Shown here piece by piece: positions 48,414 to 57,729 of a stretch of DNA of 64,000 nucleotides. The notes under the pieces are model-generated. The model was not told where the DNA came from. It ran no database searches and saw only the letters and a list, made by a program, of their open reading frames with translations. A program made the position numbers and the translations under genes. Source of the DNA: a virus (taxonomy: Duplodnaviria > Caudoviricetes); the IMG/VR virus record IMGVR_UViG_3300005739_000025. One strand, given 5' to 3'. Position 1 is the stretch's first letter. The number at the start of each line of letters is the position of its first letter.

Positions 48414-50009
48414 TTATTTTGTTGCGCAGCCTCCACCTGCAATAATTTTTTTAATTCTTGGAAGAACTTCTTCTAAGAATTCTTTTTTGACCGCTGGATC
48501 AAACTCTTCATAAACTACAAAGTCTAACATGAATGTTAGAAGATCTCTAGGCATATCTTTATTTAAAGTCTCAAACATAACACAAACTGCTTCTGGAGAT
48601 AAATTGTTCATTATTTTAGCTAAACCTATCATTACCTCTCTATCATCAGGTGATATTTTATCCCCAGCCCCTTTAGCATTTTGTGATGCAATTCTAAGTT
48701 TGTTTGCTACAAACACAATTAAAGCTAACATTTTATCTAAGGGTTGATCTTTAAGATACTTTTTAGGATCTTTTAAAATCTTACCCATATCAAAAGATTG
48801 AATGTGTTTTAAGAAAGTATCAAATCTATTTGCCCACGGTACACCAGCGCGCTGAGCAGCAAATAATCTAATGTTTTCCATCGCGTTAAATGATCTACCA
48901 GATGCTTTTTGTTCATCATACTTCTTTCTGAAATATTCTATACCCTTAGAAATCTTTTCTAACACTCTAGGAGTCACAAATGGATTTTCGCCGTTCGGTT
49001 CTTTGTATAGGGCGTCTTCAGGTACAGCTTTTGTGAACGCTACAATAGCATCATCTATACCGGCATTAACAGCATAGTCTCTCCATTCATCTGGATTTAC
49101 TACAAGAACACCAGCTCCAAAGCGGTTAATGTTAGCAGGAGAAATTGGCTCGTTTCCAAAAAGTTCACCCATGTTACATGCAGCTACTATTCCGACGTCT
49201 TTGGCAATTCTCCTGTCACCCAAAACTCTATCAAGTACAATTTTAAACGCAGCGTCTTTTACTTCTTTAGATCCTTGATTGAATTCATCCAAAAATAAAA
49301 ATCCATCTGCACCTTCTCTTGTTAAAAGATAAGCCCATGAAGGTGGACTATAAACTGTGTAAGGTTTATCAGATTTTACAGGTACACCCACGACGTCTGA
49401 TCTATCCATTTCTGCTAATCTTAAATCCACATAAACAAAATAGGAAGTGGGATCTTGAATAAGAGCATCTCTTTCTTCATCACTTAGATCAAAAAATTCT
49501 ACATATTCTTTGTTCTTTTCATTAGCAATTCTTTTTGATACTTGTTTAAAAATACTACTCTTACCCACACCTGGATCACCAATTAATAGGAAAGACTCTT
49601 TCATATCATAAGCAGCTTCTGCTTGTTCTTCTACTTGTCTTATAGACATTTCTGGAAATTCTGTCTCTTTCCAGCTTATAAGATCTGAATCACCGAATCT
49701 AGGAATATCTACTATTGATGTTGGATCTTGTTTTATTTGAGAAGCAACCTGCGCTTCTTTGTTAGCAGCTGAAATTAATGGCTGCGCTTGTTTTACAATA
49801 TCATCGGAGCTTATTTCAGGTTCTTGAGCTTGTTGAGCTATTTCACCAGCCTGACCTTTTAGTTGGGAAGCTTTTTGCTGAACACTTTTAGGGTTAACTT
49901 GTTTACCCTTAACCATTTGCATTGGTTTTGAAAAAGGAACCTCACCACCTACCGCTTCATTTAAAACTTTTTTGTATAGATTGAATATATTCTTGGAATT
50001 AGAGTCCAT
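48414..50009 (-). CDS. MoxR-like AAA+ ATPase with N-terminal leader
   Basis: GDPGVGKS, VDLRLAEMDRSDVVG, LFLDEFN, AACN, NRF, TPR; leader MDSNSKNIFNLYKKVLNE. Confidence 0.8.
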   Translation of the reverse strand: MDSNSKNIFNLYKKVLNEAVGGEVPFSKPMQMVKGKQVNPKSVQQKASQLKGQAGEIAQQAQEPEISSDDIVKQAQPLISAANKEAQVASQIKQDPTSIVDIPRFGDSDLISWKETEFPEMSIRQVEEQAEAAYDMKESFLLIGDPGVGKSSIFKQVSKRIANEKNKEYVEFFDLSDEERDALIQDPTSYFVYVDLRLAEMDRSDVVGVPVKSDKPYTVYSPPSWAYLLTREGADGFLFLDEFNQGSKEVKDAAFKIVLDRVLGDRRIAKDVGIVAACNMGELFGNEPISPANINRFGAGVLVVNPDEWRDYAVNAGIDDAIVAFTKAVPEDALYKEPNGENPFVTPRVLEKISKGIEYFRKKYDEQKASGRSFNAMENIRLFAAQRAGVPWANRFDTFLKHIQSFDMGKILKDPKKYLKDQPLDKMLALIVFVANKLRIASQNAKGAGDKISPDDREVMIGLAKIMNNLSPEAVCVMFETLNKDMPRDLLTFMLDFVVYEEFDPAVKKEFLEEVLPRIKKIIAGGGCATK

Positions 50010-50017
50010 AAAGTTAT

Positions 50018-51523
50018 TTATGAGTGAGATACGTCAATAAAATAGGTAGGACCGAATTTTTTAAGAATCTCGTCTGTACCATCCATTGTGATAAAAAATA
50101 ATTTTTTAGGGGCTTGGGGTAGAATAGGATTATCCTCTACATATCCGTCAGTAAAAACTAATAAACCGCCTTTAATTGGTTTACCTTGATAATACTTGTC
50201 TAAAAATTGTTTTACGCTTGAAAGAGTTGTTCCACCCCCATGAGCTTTCATATTCATTAAACCTTCAGTTATCTTTGACATACTCATTTTAGATGTATCT
50301 ATTTCAAAATGATCAGCAACAGTAGCGTCCCAAAGTAATACTAAAATCTTTACCTTATTATTTCTAAAAACTTTTAAAATATCTATAATTCCGCCTAAAA
50401 AAGTTTTTAATACAGGGTCTGTTATAGACCCACTAGTGTCGATAGCTACTACAGCTTGCAATTCATTTTTAACAGTATACCTTCTTGGGTGAAAGTAAGT
50501 TCCACCACCCAATCTTCTACTCTCTCTTGACCAATCTGTTTTAACTACAGACGAACCAACTATAAAATTCTTTAACAATTGTTTCCAATTAACTTTGGCA
50601 CTTAGTAGTCTTTTATCAAAAGATCTAGGCATACCCGGGTCAGTGCCTCTTCTTTTTGCTTCATCTTGCGCTTGTTGTGCTGCCTCTTGAACTTTACTCT
50701 TTAGTGCGTTATCTCTTTGCTGATCCGACATACCAGATGTATCGTTTTTTTGGTAAACCGGATCATTAGAAGGTACTTTTTCACCCTTTATTTGTTCAGC
50801 CTCTTGAGGTGTTAAATGTTTGTCCAGCTCACCCATCTGGTCTATTACTTGTTGAATACACTGTTTGACCTGTTCAGGGGGACCACTTTTAATTAATATA
50901 TCATATAATTGTTCTGCGTCCATGTCAGTTATATCGACCTTTTTCATTTGAATTCCGGTAACATTTAAAGAAGGAGATTTGCCTTTAGTGTTTATTTTTG
51001 CTTTTGATGCATCTGGTATCTCAATTATCCATCTACCATTTTTATTTTGAGGTATAAGACCCATCTTAGGTAAGGAAATACCCATATCTACTAAATCTCT
51101 ATTCATTATGTAATCGGTAGCATAATTCCAAATCGTCATATCTCTTCCTCTTTGTCTTGTGAACGTCAAAGTTGCTATATGCATTACTTCGTGAGCTAAA
51201 ACACCCATTACTTCATCATCAGATAACTCGTTTAAAACGAAATTTGCGTTAATATAAATGTTTGCAGAGTTATCCACAGCCATAGTGTTAATCCCGTAAC
51301 GAGCTGCTTCTTCTGGTTTTATAACAACAGTTTTAAGCTTTTGAAGAGTTAAACCAAAAAAAGGATAAACTTTATATAATCTAAACTTGGCTCTTACAAG
51401 TTTATCTTCAAAAGTCTTAAATACCTTAGGGTCCATAGGAGCTTGATCTGTTGGACCTGCTTGTTCTAGTAGTATTCTTCTATAAGATTTAAATATAGAA
51501 TCTCCATCAAAGTTATAGCGCAT
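50018..51523 (-). CDS. VWA-like domain protein with N-terminal putative metallopeptidase (DUF2201 type)
   Basis: TMAVD, LAHEVMH, WNYATDYIMN, AIDTSGS (MIDAS), GGGT, VFTDG; start set at MRYNFDGDSIFKSY. Confidence 0.8.
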   Translation of the reverse strand: MRYNFDGDSIFKSYRRILLEQAGPTDQAPMDPKVFKTFEDKLVRAKFRLYKVYPFFGLTLQKLKTVVIKPEEAARYGINTMAVDNSANIYINANFVLNELSDDEVMGVLAHEVMHIATLTFTRQRGRDMTIWNYATDYIMNRDLVDMGISLPKMGLIPQNKNGRWIIEIPDASKAKINTKGKSPSLNVTGIQMKKVDITDMDAEQLYDILIKSGPPEQVKQCIQQVIDQMGELDKHLTPQEAEQIKGEKVPSNDPVYQKNDTSGMSDQQRDNALKSKVQEAAQQAQDEAKRRGTDPGMPRSFDKRLLSAKVNWKQLLKNFIVGSSVVKTDWSRESRRLGGGTYFHPRRYTVKNELQAVVAIDTSGSITDPVLKTFLGGIIDILKVFRNNKVKILVLLWDATVADHFEIDTSKMSMSKITEGLMNMKAHGGGTTLSSVKQFLDKYYQGKPIKGGLLVFTDGYVEDNPILPQAPKKLFFITMDGTDEILKKFGPTYFIDVSHS

Positions 51524-51550
51524 AAGTAAACCATAAGTATTTAGATATTC

Positions 51551-53212
51551 ATGCATAGTTTTAAAGATTTTATTAAATTGTATGAAGCGACTTTGCAAGA
51601 GCTTAGAAGTAAAGGCTTTGTAGAGCCGGGCCCTAGAGCTAGACATCAAATAGGTGACTATGTTATTATTAAGTCTGACGGTCGTTGGCCAATGTATCAA
51701 TCGGCTAGATCTTCACCATATATAGGACAATATGGTAAAGTGGTAGGCTATAAACAGGCAACAGGTTCGTATGTTAAATATGCCGTAGAGTTTCCAGATA
51801 AAAACGTTGAAGCGTTTCATAGTCATTACGTTGCAGGCTCATTTAAAGATGAAACTTCTGCAAAAAAATATGCCTTAGATCCAAAAAAGAAAAGAAATCC
51901 TACGGGTATTAATTTCAATCCGAAAATTAAACCTGAAGACTTAAAGGGTTATGTAGACGGTGTAAATAGATTAGTTGCTAATGCTAAATTTGAAGAACTA
52001 TTAAATAAAATATTTTCACAACAACCTTTTGAACTTAACAGATTAGAAAAACCTATATCCTTTAATAGTGATGACGGTAAGTATGTAGCAACTATTTTGA
52101 TGTCTAGACCCTTAAAGGGTATGTTAAAGCCAGGTAATAAAATAAGATCCTACGACAGTGTTAATTTAAGAATAACTAGCAATAGCTTTAGAAAATATAT
52201 AAGCGAAAATATTTGTATATATAGACTTAATAATACAGTAAATGGTAAACTGGTAAATGAAACCGGGGCAACTAGACTCTTTAATGTGACGTATAGTCAT
52301 AGTCCTTACAATGTAGTCAAGCCACACTTAAAGTTAGAACACTTACTTTACGAAGATAGAACAATTGATTTTACAGATAAAAATACCCTACTTAAATCAA
52401 TTTATAATAGCGGTCTAGGCACACTTTCAACTAAGGTTTTTAATTTGTACCCTAATGCTACAAAAGATAATCAAATATTTGAAGAAAATTACTCTAAACC
52501 TTTTATAGAAACTATGAACTTTTTAAATGGTAATTTTTCCTTAGAAGAAATTTTTAACAGCTTATATCAAGTAACAGAGAGGGGTGGGAAAAAATTTATT
52601 GGTGTACATAGAGTAAATGCAAACGCTGATACTTTAAGATTTTTCTTAAACTATGAATTCGACCCCACTAAAAAGCGTTCCGGTAGAGATCAAACATTAG
52701 TTATAATTGAAGATAATCCAAACAGAATAAAACAGATACCCCTGGGCATGCCTAAAGTAGTGATTCAACCTAAAGATGCATATTACAGAAAAATCTATCC
52801 AAAATTATTAAATCTTAACATGATTCCTGATACAGTTAAGGATCTTACATTATATAATCTCGAAATTAAATCCCTACAAGGTCTTCCAGAACAAATGGAT
52901 GCCTTACACATAGACCACAGCTTTATGGAATCTTTAAAAGGTCTTACAACTAAAGTTATAAAAGGTGAATTTAGAGTAAGAACAGATTTAAAGACTCTTC
53001 AAGGCGGTGAACACACAGTCTGTGGTAAGCTGGATATATATGATAATAGAAGCTTAAAATCTTTAAAAGGAATTCCCAAAGCTAAAGAATATACACTACC
53101 AAATCAATTTACGGTTAAAGACGCGCAAAAAGAAGTTCAACAAAGAGAGTTTATAGGAAATTTAAAGCCAAAAACTAAAGAGACATTTGCAGATATTTTT
53201 GGTTCTTTATAA
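51551..53212 (+). CDS. Large tagged protein with leader, KOW/SH3-like N-domain and LRR-like C-domain
   Basis: MHSFKDFIKLYE; IGDYVII...GQYGKVVG; repeated xSLxGLP units; terminal KPKTKETFADIFGSL. Confidence 0.7.
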   Translation: MHSFKDFIKLYEATLQELRSKGFVEPGPRARHQIGDYVIIKSDGRWPMYQSARSSPYIGQYGKVVGYKQATGSYVKYAVEFPDKNVEAFHSHYVAGSFKDETSAKKYALDPKKKRNPTGINFNPKIKPEDLKGYVDGVNRLVANAKFEELLNKIFSQQPFELNRLEKPISFNSDDGKYVATILMSRPLKGMLKPGNKIRSYDSVNLRITSNSFRKYISENICIYRLNNTVNGKLVNETGATRLFNVTYSHSPYNVVKPHLKLEHLLYEDRTIDFTDKNTLLKSIYNSGLGTLSTKVFNLYPNATKDNQIFEENYSKPFIETMNFLNGNFSLEEIFNSLYQVTERGGKKFIGVHRVNANADTLRFFLNYEFDPTKKRSGRDQTLVIIEDNPNRIKQIPLGMPKVVIQPKDAYYRKIYPKLLNLNMIPDTVKDLTLYNLEIKSLQGLPEQMDALHIDHSFMESLKGLTTKVIKGEFRVRTDLKTLQGGEHTVCGKLDIYDNRSLKSLKGIPKAKEYTLPNQFTVKDAQKEVQQREFIGNLKPKTKETFADIFGSL

Positions 53213-54232
53213 TTCTATAGCGTTTCTACCAGATATAAAACCTTCAGGATAAATACCACCCCTTAGATTTTCAACAACTATTCCTTCACTTTCTATTCTT
53301 CTACCCACACGATAAGTTGCAGCAAAATATGCTTTATAGTCACCCTTGAATGCCCAGGTAACATCATCAGCAGTATGCATGGTATCTGAAAAATTTAACT
53401 CATAAATTTTACCTTTACCTTTTAGTGTAGGATCACCTTGACCAATACACTGAACAAAATTTCTTCCAAAATTCTTACTTCCTTGATTCCAATCAAACCC
53501 ATAAACGGATTTACCAACTAATTTTTTACCTTGATCATCTTTAGGCACTTCTCTCTTAAAACTCATTCCACTCTGTGCAATATTGCTATTGTAATTAGAC
53601 TTTAAGTAGTCATAAACATCTTTAATAAAGTCTTTAACTAATTTACTGTTATAAATTTCAACACCAGAGTCTCTGGATAACCCACTATATTGTTGAAAAG
53701 CGCTAGAGCCGCCTTCCTTCTTATGAGATATAAACCCTACCTCTTTTTCTTTATCGTCAATTAAAGCTATATCAGCTTTAGGATCTCCAATTATATGTTT
53801 AGAGCTAGCCTTAACAACATTTTTTATTTTATACTTTCCAATTTTTATTGTTATTGGTCCACCACTTTTTTTAACTGCTTCTTTTACGAGAGCATCCAGA
53901 TTGTTAGATGCTTTTTCTTCAGCTTCTTTTCTATTTTTACCTAAAGGCTTTACAACTATATTGACATTGTTATCCAAAGCTACTAATCCAATAGAAGAAA
54001 TATTTCTAATAGTCTTGTTATCTGGTTTAATAAATCTAGCATTTTGATCCTTAAAGATATCTACAATTTTATTCATAGCATTTAATCTATTACCTTTAGT
54101 GTATGCAAAAACCTTATTACCTTTCATTTTCACTAAAAATTGATTATTTTCTAATCTAGTAATAATATCGATTAAGATATCTTCTTTAGATTTTTCTTCT
54201 ACAACATTTAAAAACTTTTTAAAATTAATCAT
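53207..54232 (-). CDS. Putative PD-(D/E)XK-fold nuclease with CTS-like leader
   Basis: MINFKKFLNVVEE; GDPKADIALID...FISHKKEG...FQQYSG. Confidence 0.6.
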   Translation of the reverse strand: MINFKKFLNVVEEKSKEDILIDIITRLENNQFLVKMKGNKVFAYTKGNRLNAMNKIVDIFKDQNARFIKPDNKTIRNISSIGLVALDNNVNIVVKPLGKNRKEAEEKASNNLDALVKEAVKKSGGPITIKIGKYKIKNVVKASSKHIIGDPKADIALIDDKEKEVGFISHKKEGGSSAFQQYSGLSRDSGVEIYNSKLVKDFIKDVYDYLKSNYNSNIAQSGMSFKREVPKDDQGKKLVGKSVYGFDWNQGSKNFGRNFVQCIGQGDPTLKGKGKIYELNFSDTMHTADDVTWAFKGDYKAYFAATYRVGRRIESEGIVVENLRGGIYPEGFISGRNAIEL

Positions 54233-54501
54233 AACTTTTTAAGTTGTATTTCAGTTTTTTTAAGTTTGTCTCCAGGTTTAAAATTCTTACCCTTATTCTT
54301 TACTTCAAATTCAATCAAATTGCCAGCTATTCTCTTACCATCTTTAACCTTTTTTACAGATCTAACTACACCTTTAGCATCTTTTTCTTTACACCCTGGA
54401 TTAATATCTTTTACTCTATCACCAGGTTTTAGCTCGTTAACACAAACGTTGCAACTATCTTCTTTTAATAAACTGTTTACTAATTTGGAAAAAAGACCCA
54501 T
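54229..54501 (-). CDS. Small KOW/SH3-like protein with leader
   Basis: MGLFSKLVNSLLKE; LKPGDRVKD...GVVRSV. Confidence 0.5.
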   Translation of the reverse strand: MGLFSKLVNSLLKEDSCNVCVNELKPGDRVKDINPGCKEKDAKGVVRSVKKVKDGKRIAGNLIEFEVKNKGKNFKPGDKLKKTEIQLKKL

Positions 54502-54509
54502 GTATATAC

Positions 54510-54938
54510 TTATTCAGGCCATACGTACTCTAAGTCACGAGGAACTGTTGGCCACAAAGATCCATAAAATAAAGGATCTTTTTGCACAAGCATAGATTTA
54601 TGTGATAAATGAATATTATTATTACCTAACCAATAAGGCATCTTTAAATCTTGAGAGTTATCGTAATGAGCTTCTATTTTATCTAAACAAGTGTCATTAT
54701 AACCTCGCGATATCCATTCATTACATATAGCTATACCATAGAATACTAATGCATTAGAGTAATCATGCCACATTTTTCTGCAAGGGTGGTTTTTCCAACC
54801 TCTTATAGGCTGATTGGTTTTTATTTTCTTTATTGAATTTAAAAGCTGTAAAACTTCAACTCTTTGTTTGCCAAGACGCTTTTGATCTAATACTTTAGCC
54901 GAACTTTGGAAACATTCAAATGGCAAAAACGTTTGCAT
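54510..54938 (-). CDS. Pyrimidine-dimer DNA glycosylase family (MSMEG_6728-like)
   Basis: MQTFLP...LDQKRLGKQRVE...GWKNHP...MW...RGYND...HLSHKSML. Confidence 0.8.
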   Translation of the reverse strand: MQTFLPFECFQSSAKVLDQKRLGKQRVEVLQLLNSIKKIKTNQPIRGWKNHPCRKMWHDYSNALVFYGIAICNEWISRGYNDTCLDKIEAHYDNSQDLKMPYWLGNNNIHLSHKSMLVQKDPLFYGSLWPTVPRDLEYVWPE

Positions 54939-54961
54939 CTACTATAATGATAAATAGTTTT

Positions 54962-55393
54962 ATGAAAATTCAAGAAATTTACGATATTATTGTTGAAAGT
55001 AAAGTGGGAAGATTTTCAGGAGCTGGTATTATATTTTTTGACGGAAAAAGGGTATTGTTACTTAAAAAAAATAATAATAGATGGGTGTTTCCTGGAGGTA
55101 AGCCCATTCAAGGAGAAACACCCCTACAAACAGCTAAAAGAGAAACTAAAGAAGAGGTTGGTAGATGTCCAGGCGAAATAGTTTCAGAATTAAAATTTGA
55201 AATCGACGATAGAACATTTCACTCTTTTATTAGCAAGATTAATAAAATATTTGATGTAGAGGTTTCCGATGAGCATAAAGATTATACTTGGATTGATTAT
55301 AAAAAAATTAGAGATCTTAAATTACACAAGAATATACTTTTTACTATTAAGAAAGTGATTAAGAAATTAACTGAACTAGATGTTGATAAATAA
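54962..55393 (+). CDS. NUDIX hydrolase
   Basis: WVFPGGK...GETPLQTAKRETKEEVG Nudix box; TAAATA 5 nt before ATG 54962; IIVES leader. Confidence 0.88.
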   Translation: MKIQEIYDIIVESKVGRFSGAGIIFFDGKRVLLLKKNNNRWVFPGGKPIQGETPLQTAKRETKEEVGRCPGEIVSELKFEIDDRTFHSFISKINKIFDVEVSDEHKDYTWIDYKKIRDLKLHKNILFTIKKVIKKLTELDVDK

Positions 55394-55415
55394 AATTTTT
55401 GTAATATAATAATGT

Positions 55416-56057
55416 ATGGCAAAATTTTTCTCTACTAAAGTTATAGAATTAGGCTCTGCTGCTTTTAGACAACCTAAAGCAACAAGTCACTGCAAATTTG
55501 TTCATGGCTATAGGTTAAAAGCAAAGATCTGGGTTGCAGCAGAAATTTTAGATAGTAATAACTGGGTATTTGATTTTGGCTCATTTAAAGAGCTTAAAGC
55601 TACCTTACAAAAGACTTTTGACCATAAGCTTGTGATAGATAAAAATGATCCTGCTAAACATGTCTTTAGAGAGTTAGAGAGATACGGAGCTGTTGACATT
55701 ATAGAGATGGACGGTGTTGGTATAGAAAAGTTTGCTGAGTTTGTGTTTAATCAAACAGATACTTTTGTAAAATATACAACTCAAAATAGAGTTTGGTGCG
55801 AAAAGGTTGAAGTGTTTGAACATGAAGATAATTCTGCAATTTATCAGATATCAGATAAAAAAACTGATGAATGCAAATCCAAGTGCTGTAAAAAAGAAGA
55901 GCCAACATTACCAAGTGTAATTGAAAAGGCAGAGGAACCAGTTCCATTACAAACCCAATCAAATATTCCAGCCCCTGGACCACAACCGGCTCAATTTGGT
56001 AACAAAGTAACTACTGGGTGGTCGAATCCTTTTGCGGGGACCAGCTGGGGAGCGTAG
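55416..56057 (+). CDS. queD: 6-carboxy-tetrahydropterin synthase (QueD/PTPS family)
   Basis: SHCKFVHGY, WVFDFG, FDHKL, GIEKFAE, VEVFEHEDNSA. Confidence 0.8.
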   Translation: MAKFFSTKVIELGSAAFRQPKATSHCKFVHGYRLKAKIWVAAEILDSNNWVFDFGSFKELKATLQKTFDHKLVIDKNDPAKHVFRELERYGAVDIIEMDGVGIEKFAEFVFNQTDTFVKYTTQNRVWCEKVEVFEHEDNSAIYQISDKKTDECKSKCCKKEEPTLPSVIEKAEEPVPLQTQSNIPAPGPQPAQFGNKVTTGWSNPFAGTSWGA

Positions 56058-56898
56058 AAGTAGTAATATTAGAGCACTGAGAGTTTTTCTTACATTCTTT
56101 AGTTGTCTCTTTAGCTATTAGATAAGCTTTTTTGAGCTGTGTAAACTTTTTAACAATATACTTACATATATCAGATCTCATAATATCATCTTCATCAAAT
56201 TCTACGCAGTATATACCTTTTTCTTGTGCCTCTTCATTAAGAAAAGCATTGTAAACATCTAAGAAACCAGATTTACCTGTAGGGAGATCAGATTGTGCCG
56301 GGTCTCCACATATTATAAGCTTACTAAACTGACCCATTCTGGTCATAATTGTCTGAATCTCAGAATATACAGCATTTTGCATTTCATCTGCTATAACAAA
56401 GTTGACATTAAAAGAAGCACCCCTTAAGTAGTTAACAGGTGTAGGTTTTACCCTTTCTTCTGTAAAGAGACGTTTAATATCGTGTTCTTTTATCAGTTCT
56501 TCTAGTTTATCAGCTAGCGGTAATGCAAAAGGTCTAAATTTATCACTACTCTCACCTGGTAAGCTACCTAAACTTTTTGTAGCACTCTCTACAATAGATC
56601 TTACATAAATGATTTCTGTAACTCGTTTAGATGCTAGCATTTTTAATGCAGAATATACCGCTAACAAGCTTTTACTAGTACCAGCTGGACCGTTCAAAAA
56701 TACTATCTTAGTATTTTTATTATTGATTAATTCAATAACAGCTTTTTGTTTTTCTGTCCATGGTAGATCTTTTATTTTTAAATCAAAGTCTATTTTATCT
56801 CTTTGAAATACATAAGGTGAATTATCTGTTGCAGACAAAGTTATCGTTTTAGAGTTACGTAACTCTTTACTATTACGACTACGAGTTTTTTTACTCAC
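56011..56898 (-). CDS. phoH: PhoH family ATPase
   Basis: GPAGTSKS, LGSLPG, YLRGASF, IADEMQN, TRMG, GDPAQSD, RS. Confidence 0.9.
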   Translation of the reverse strand: MSKKTRSRNSKELRNSKTITLSATDNSPYVFQRDKIDFDLKIKDLPWTEKQKAVIELINNKNTKIVFLNGPAGTSKSLLAVYSALKMLASKRVTEIIYVRSIVESATKSLGSLPGESSDKFRPFALPLADKLEELIKEHDIKRLFTEERVKPTPVNYLRGASFNVNFVIADEMQNAVYSEIQTIMTRMGQFSKLIICGDPAQSDLPTGKSGFLDVYNAFLNEEAQEKGIYCVEFDEDDIMRSDICKYIVKKFTQLKKAYLIAKETTKECKKNSQCSNITTSTLPSWSPQKDSTTQ

Positions 56899-56949
56899 TC
56901 ATTTATATTTAGTCTAGATATTATAAAGCTATATAGTATAATAATCATT

Positions 56950-57714
56950 ATGGAATCTATCGATATTACTAAAGAGACGTTATTTTTATCTGACGACAAA
57001 GTTTTTTATACTATAGAGGGGGAAGGTGAATTTATCGGTAAACCTTCCGTATTCATGAGGTTATCGATGTGTAACTTGACATGTATTGGATTTGCATCCG
57101 AAGATTCCCCTAACGGGTGTGACTCGTTTATATCTTGGTCAGTAAAGAATAAAATGACATTTGAAGAGATCTTTAAGATGATGGAAGAGAATGGGTATAT
57201 AGAACATCTTAAGAATAAAGCTATTCTCAAACTTACTGGTGGCGAACCTTTAATTCAACAAAAACAGTTGTTAAAGTTTATTGAAGTCTTTACAGAGAGA
57301 TATGGCTTTATTCCGGTGATTGACTTTGAGACAAACGCAACTCTCTTCCCTGATAGCGATTGGAATCAAAAGTGGATGGCAACATTTACTACCTCTCCTA
57401 AACTTACCACTAATGGAGACCCAGAAGAAAAGACCTATAAGCCTGATGTTCTTAAATGGCATGTTGAGCACAACTCCGGATTTAAATTTGTCATTACTTC
57501 AGATAAAGATATAGAAGAAATTTGGAGTAAGTATGTAGAAAATAAAAACGGCGTCAACGTTCCGCTAAATAGAATTTGGTTTATGCCTTGTTGTGGTTCT
57601 AGACAAGAGCATGTAGAGAATGCTGCAGCAGTTGCAGAGTATGCTAAAGCCATGCACGTCAACTTTTCACCAAGATTACAATTAGTAATCTGGGATAAAG
57701 CGTTGAAGGTATAA
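56950..57714 (+). CDS. queE: 7-carboxy-7-deazaguanine synthase (radical SAM, QueE)
   Basis: FYTIEGEG, FMRLSMCNLTC...GCDS, TGGEPL, ETN, SPKL, FKFV, SPRLQ. Confidence 0.85.
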   Translation: MESIDITKETLFLSDDKVFYTIEGEGEFIGKPSVFMRLSMCNLTCIGFASEDSPNGCDSFISWSVKNKMTFEEIFKMMEENGYIEHLKNKAILKLTGGEPLIQQKQLLKFIEVFTERYGFIPVIDFETNATLFPDSDWNQKWMATFTTSPKLTTNGDPEEKTYKPDVLKWHVEHNSGFKFVITSDKDIEEIWSKYVENKNGVNVPLNRIWFMPCCGSRQEHVENAAAVAEYAKAMHVNFSPRLQLVIWDKALKV

Positions 57715-57729
57715 TAAATAAATATACCT

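Noticed and set aside
20588-53212. Tag copies as a DNA-level mobile repeat, CRISPR-like array or DGR template
   Set aside because: Nucleotide sequences differ mainly at synonymous positions, spacing is hundreds to thousands of bp, always in frame, and no reverse transcriptase, transposase or cas gene is present.
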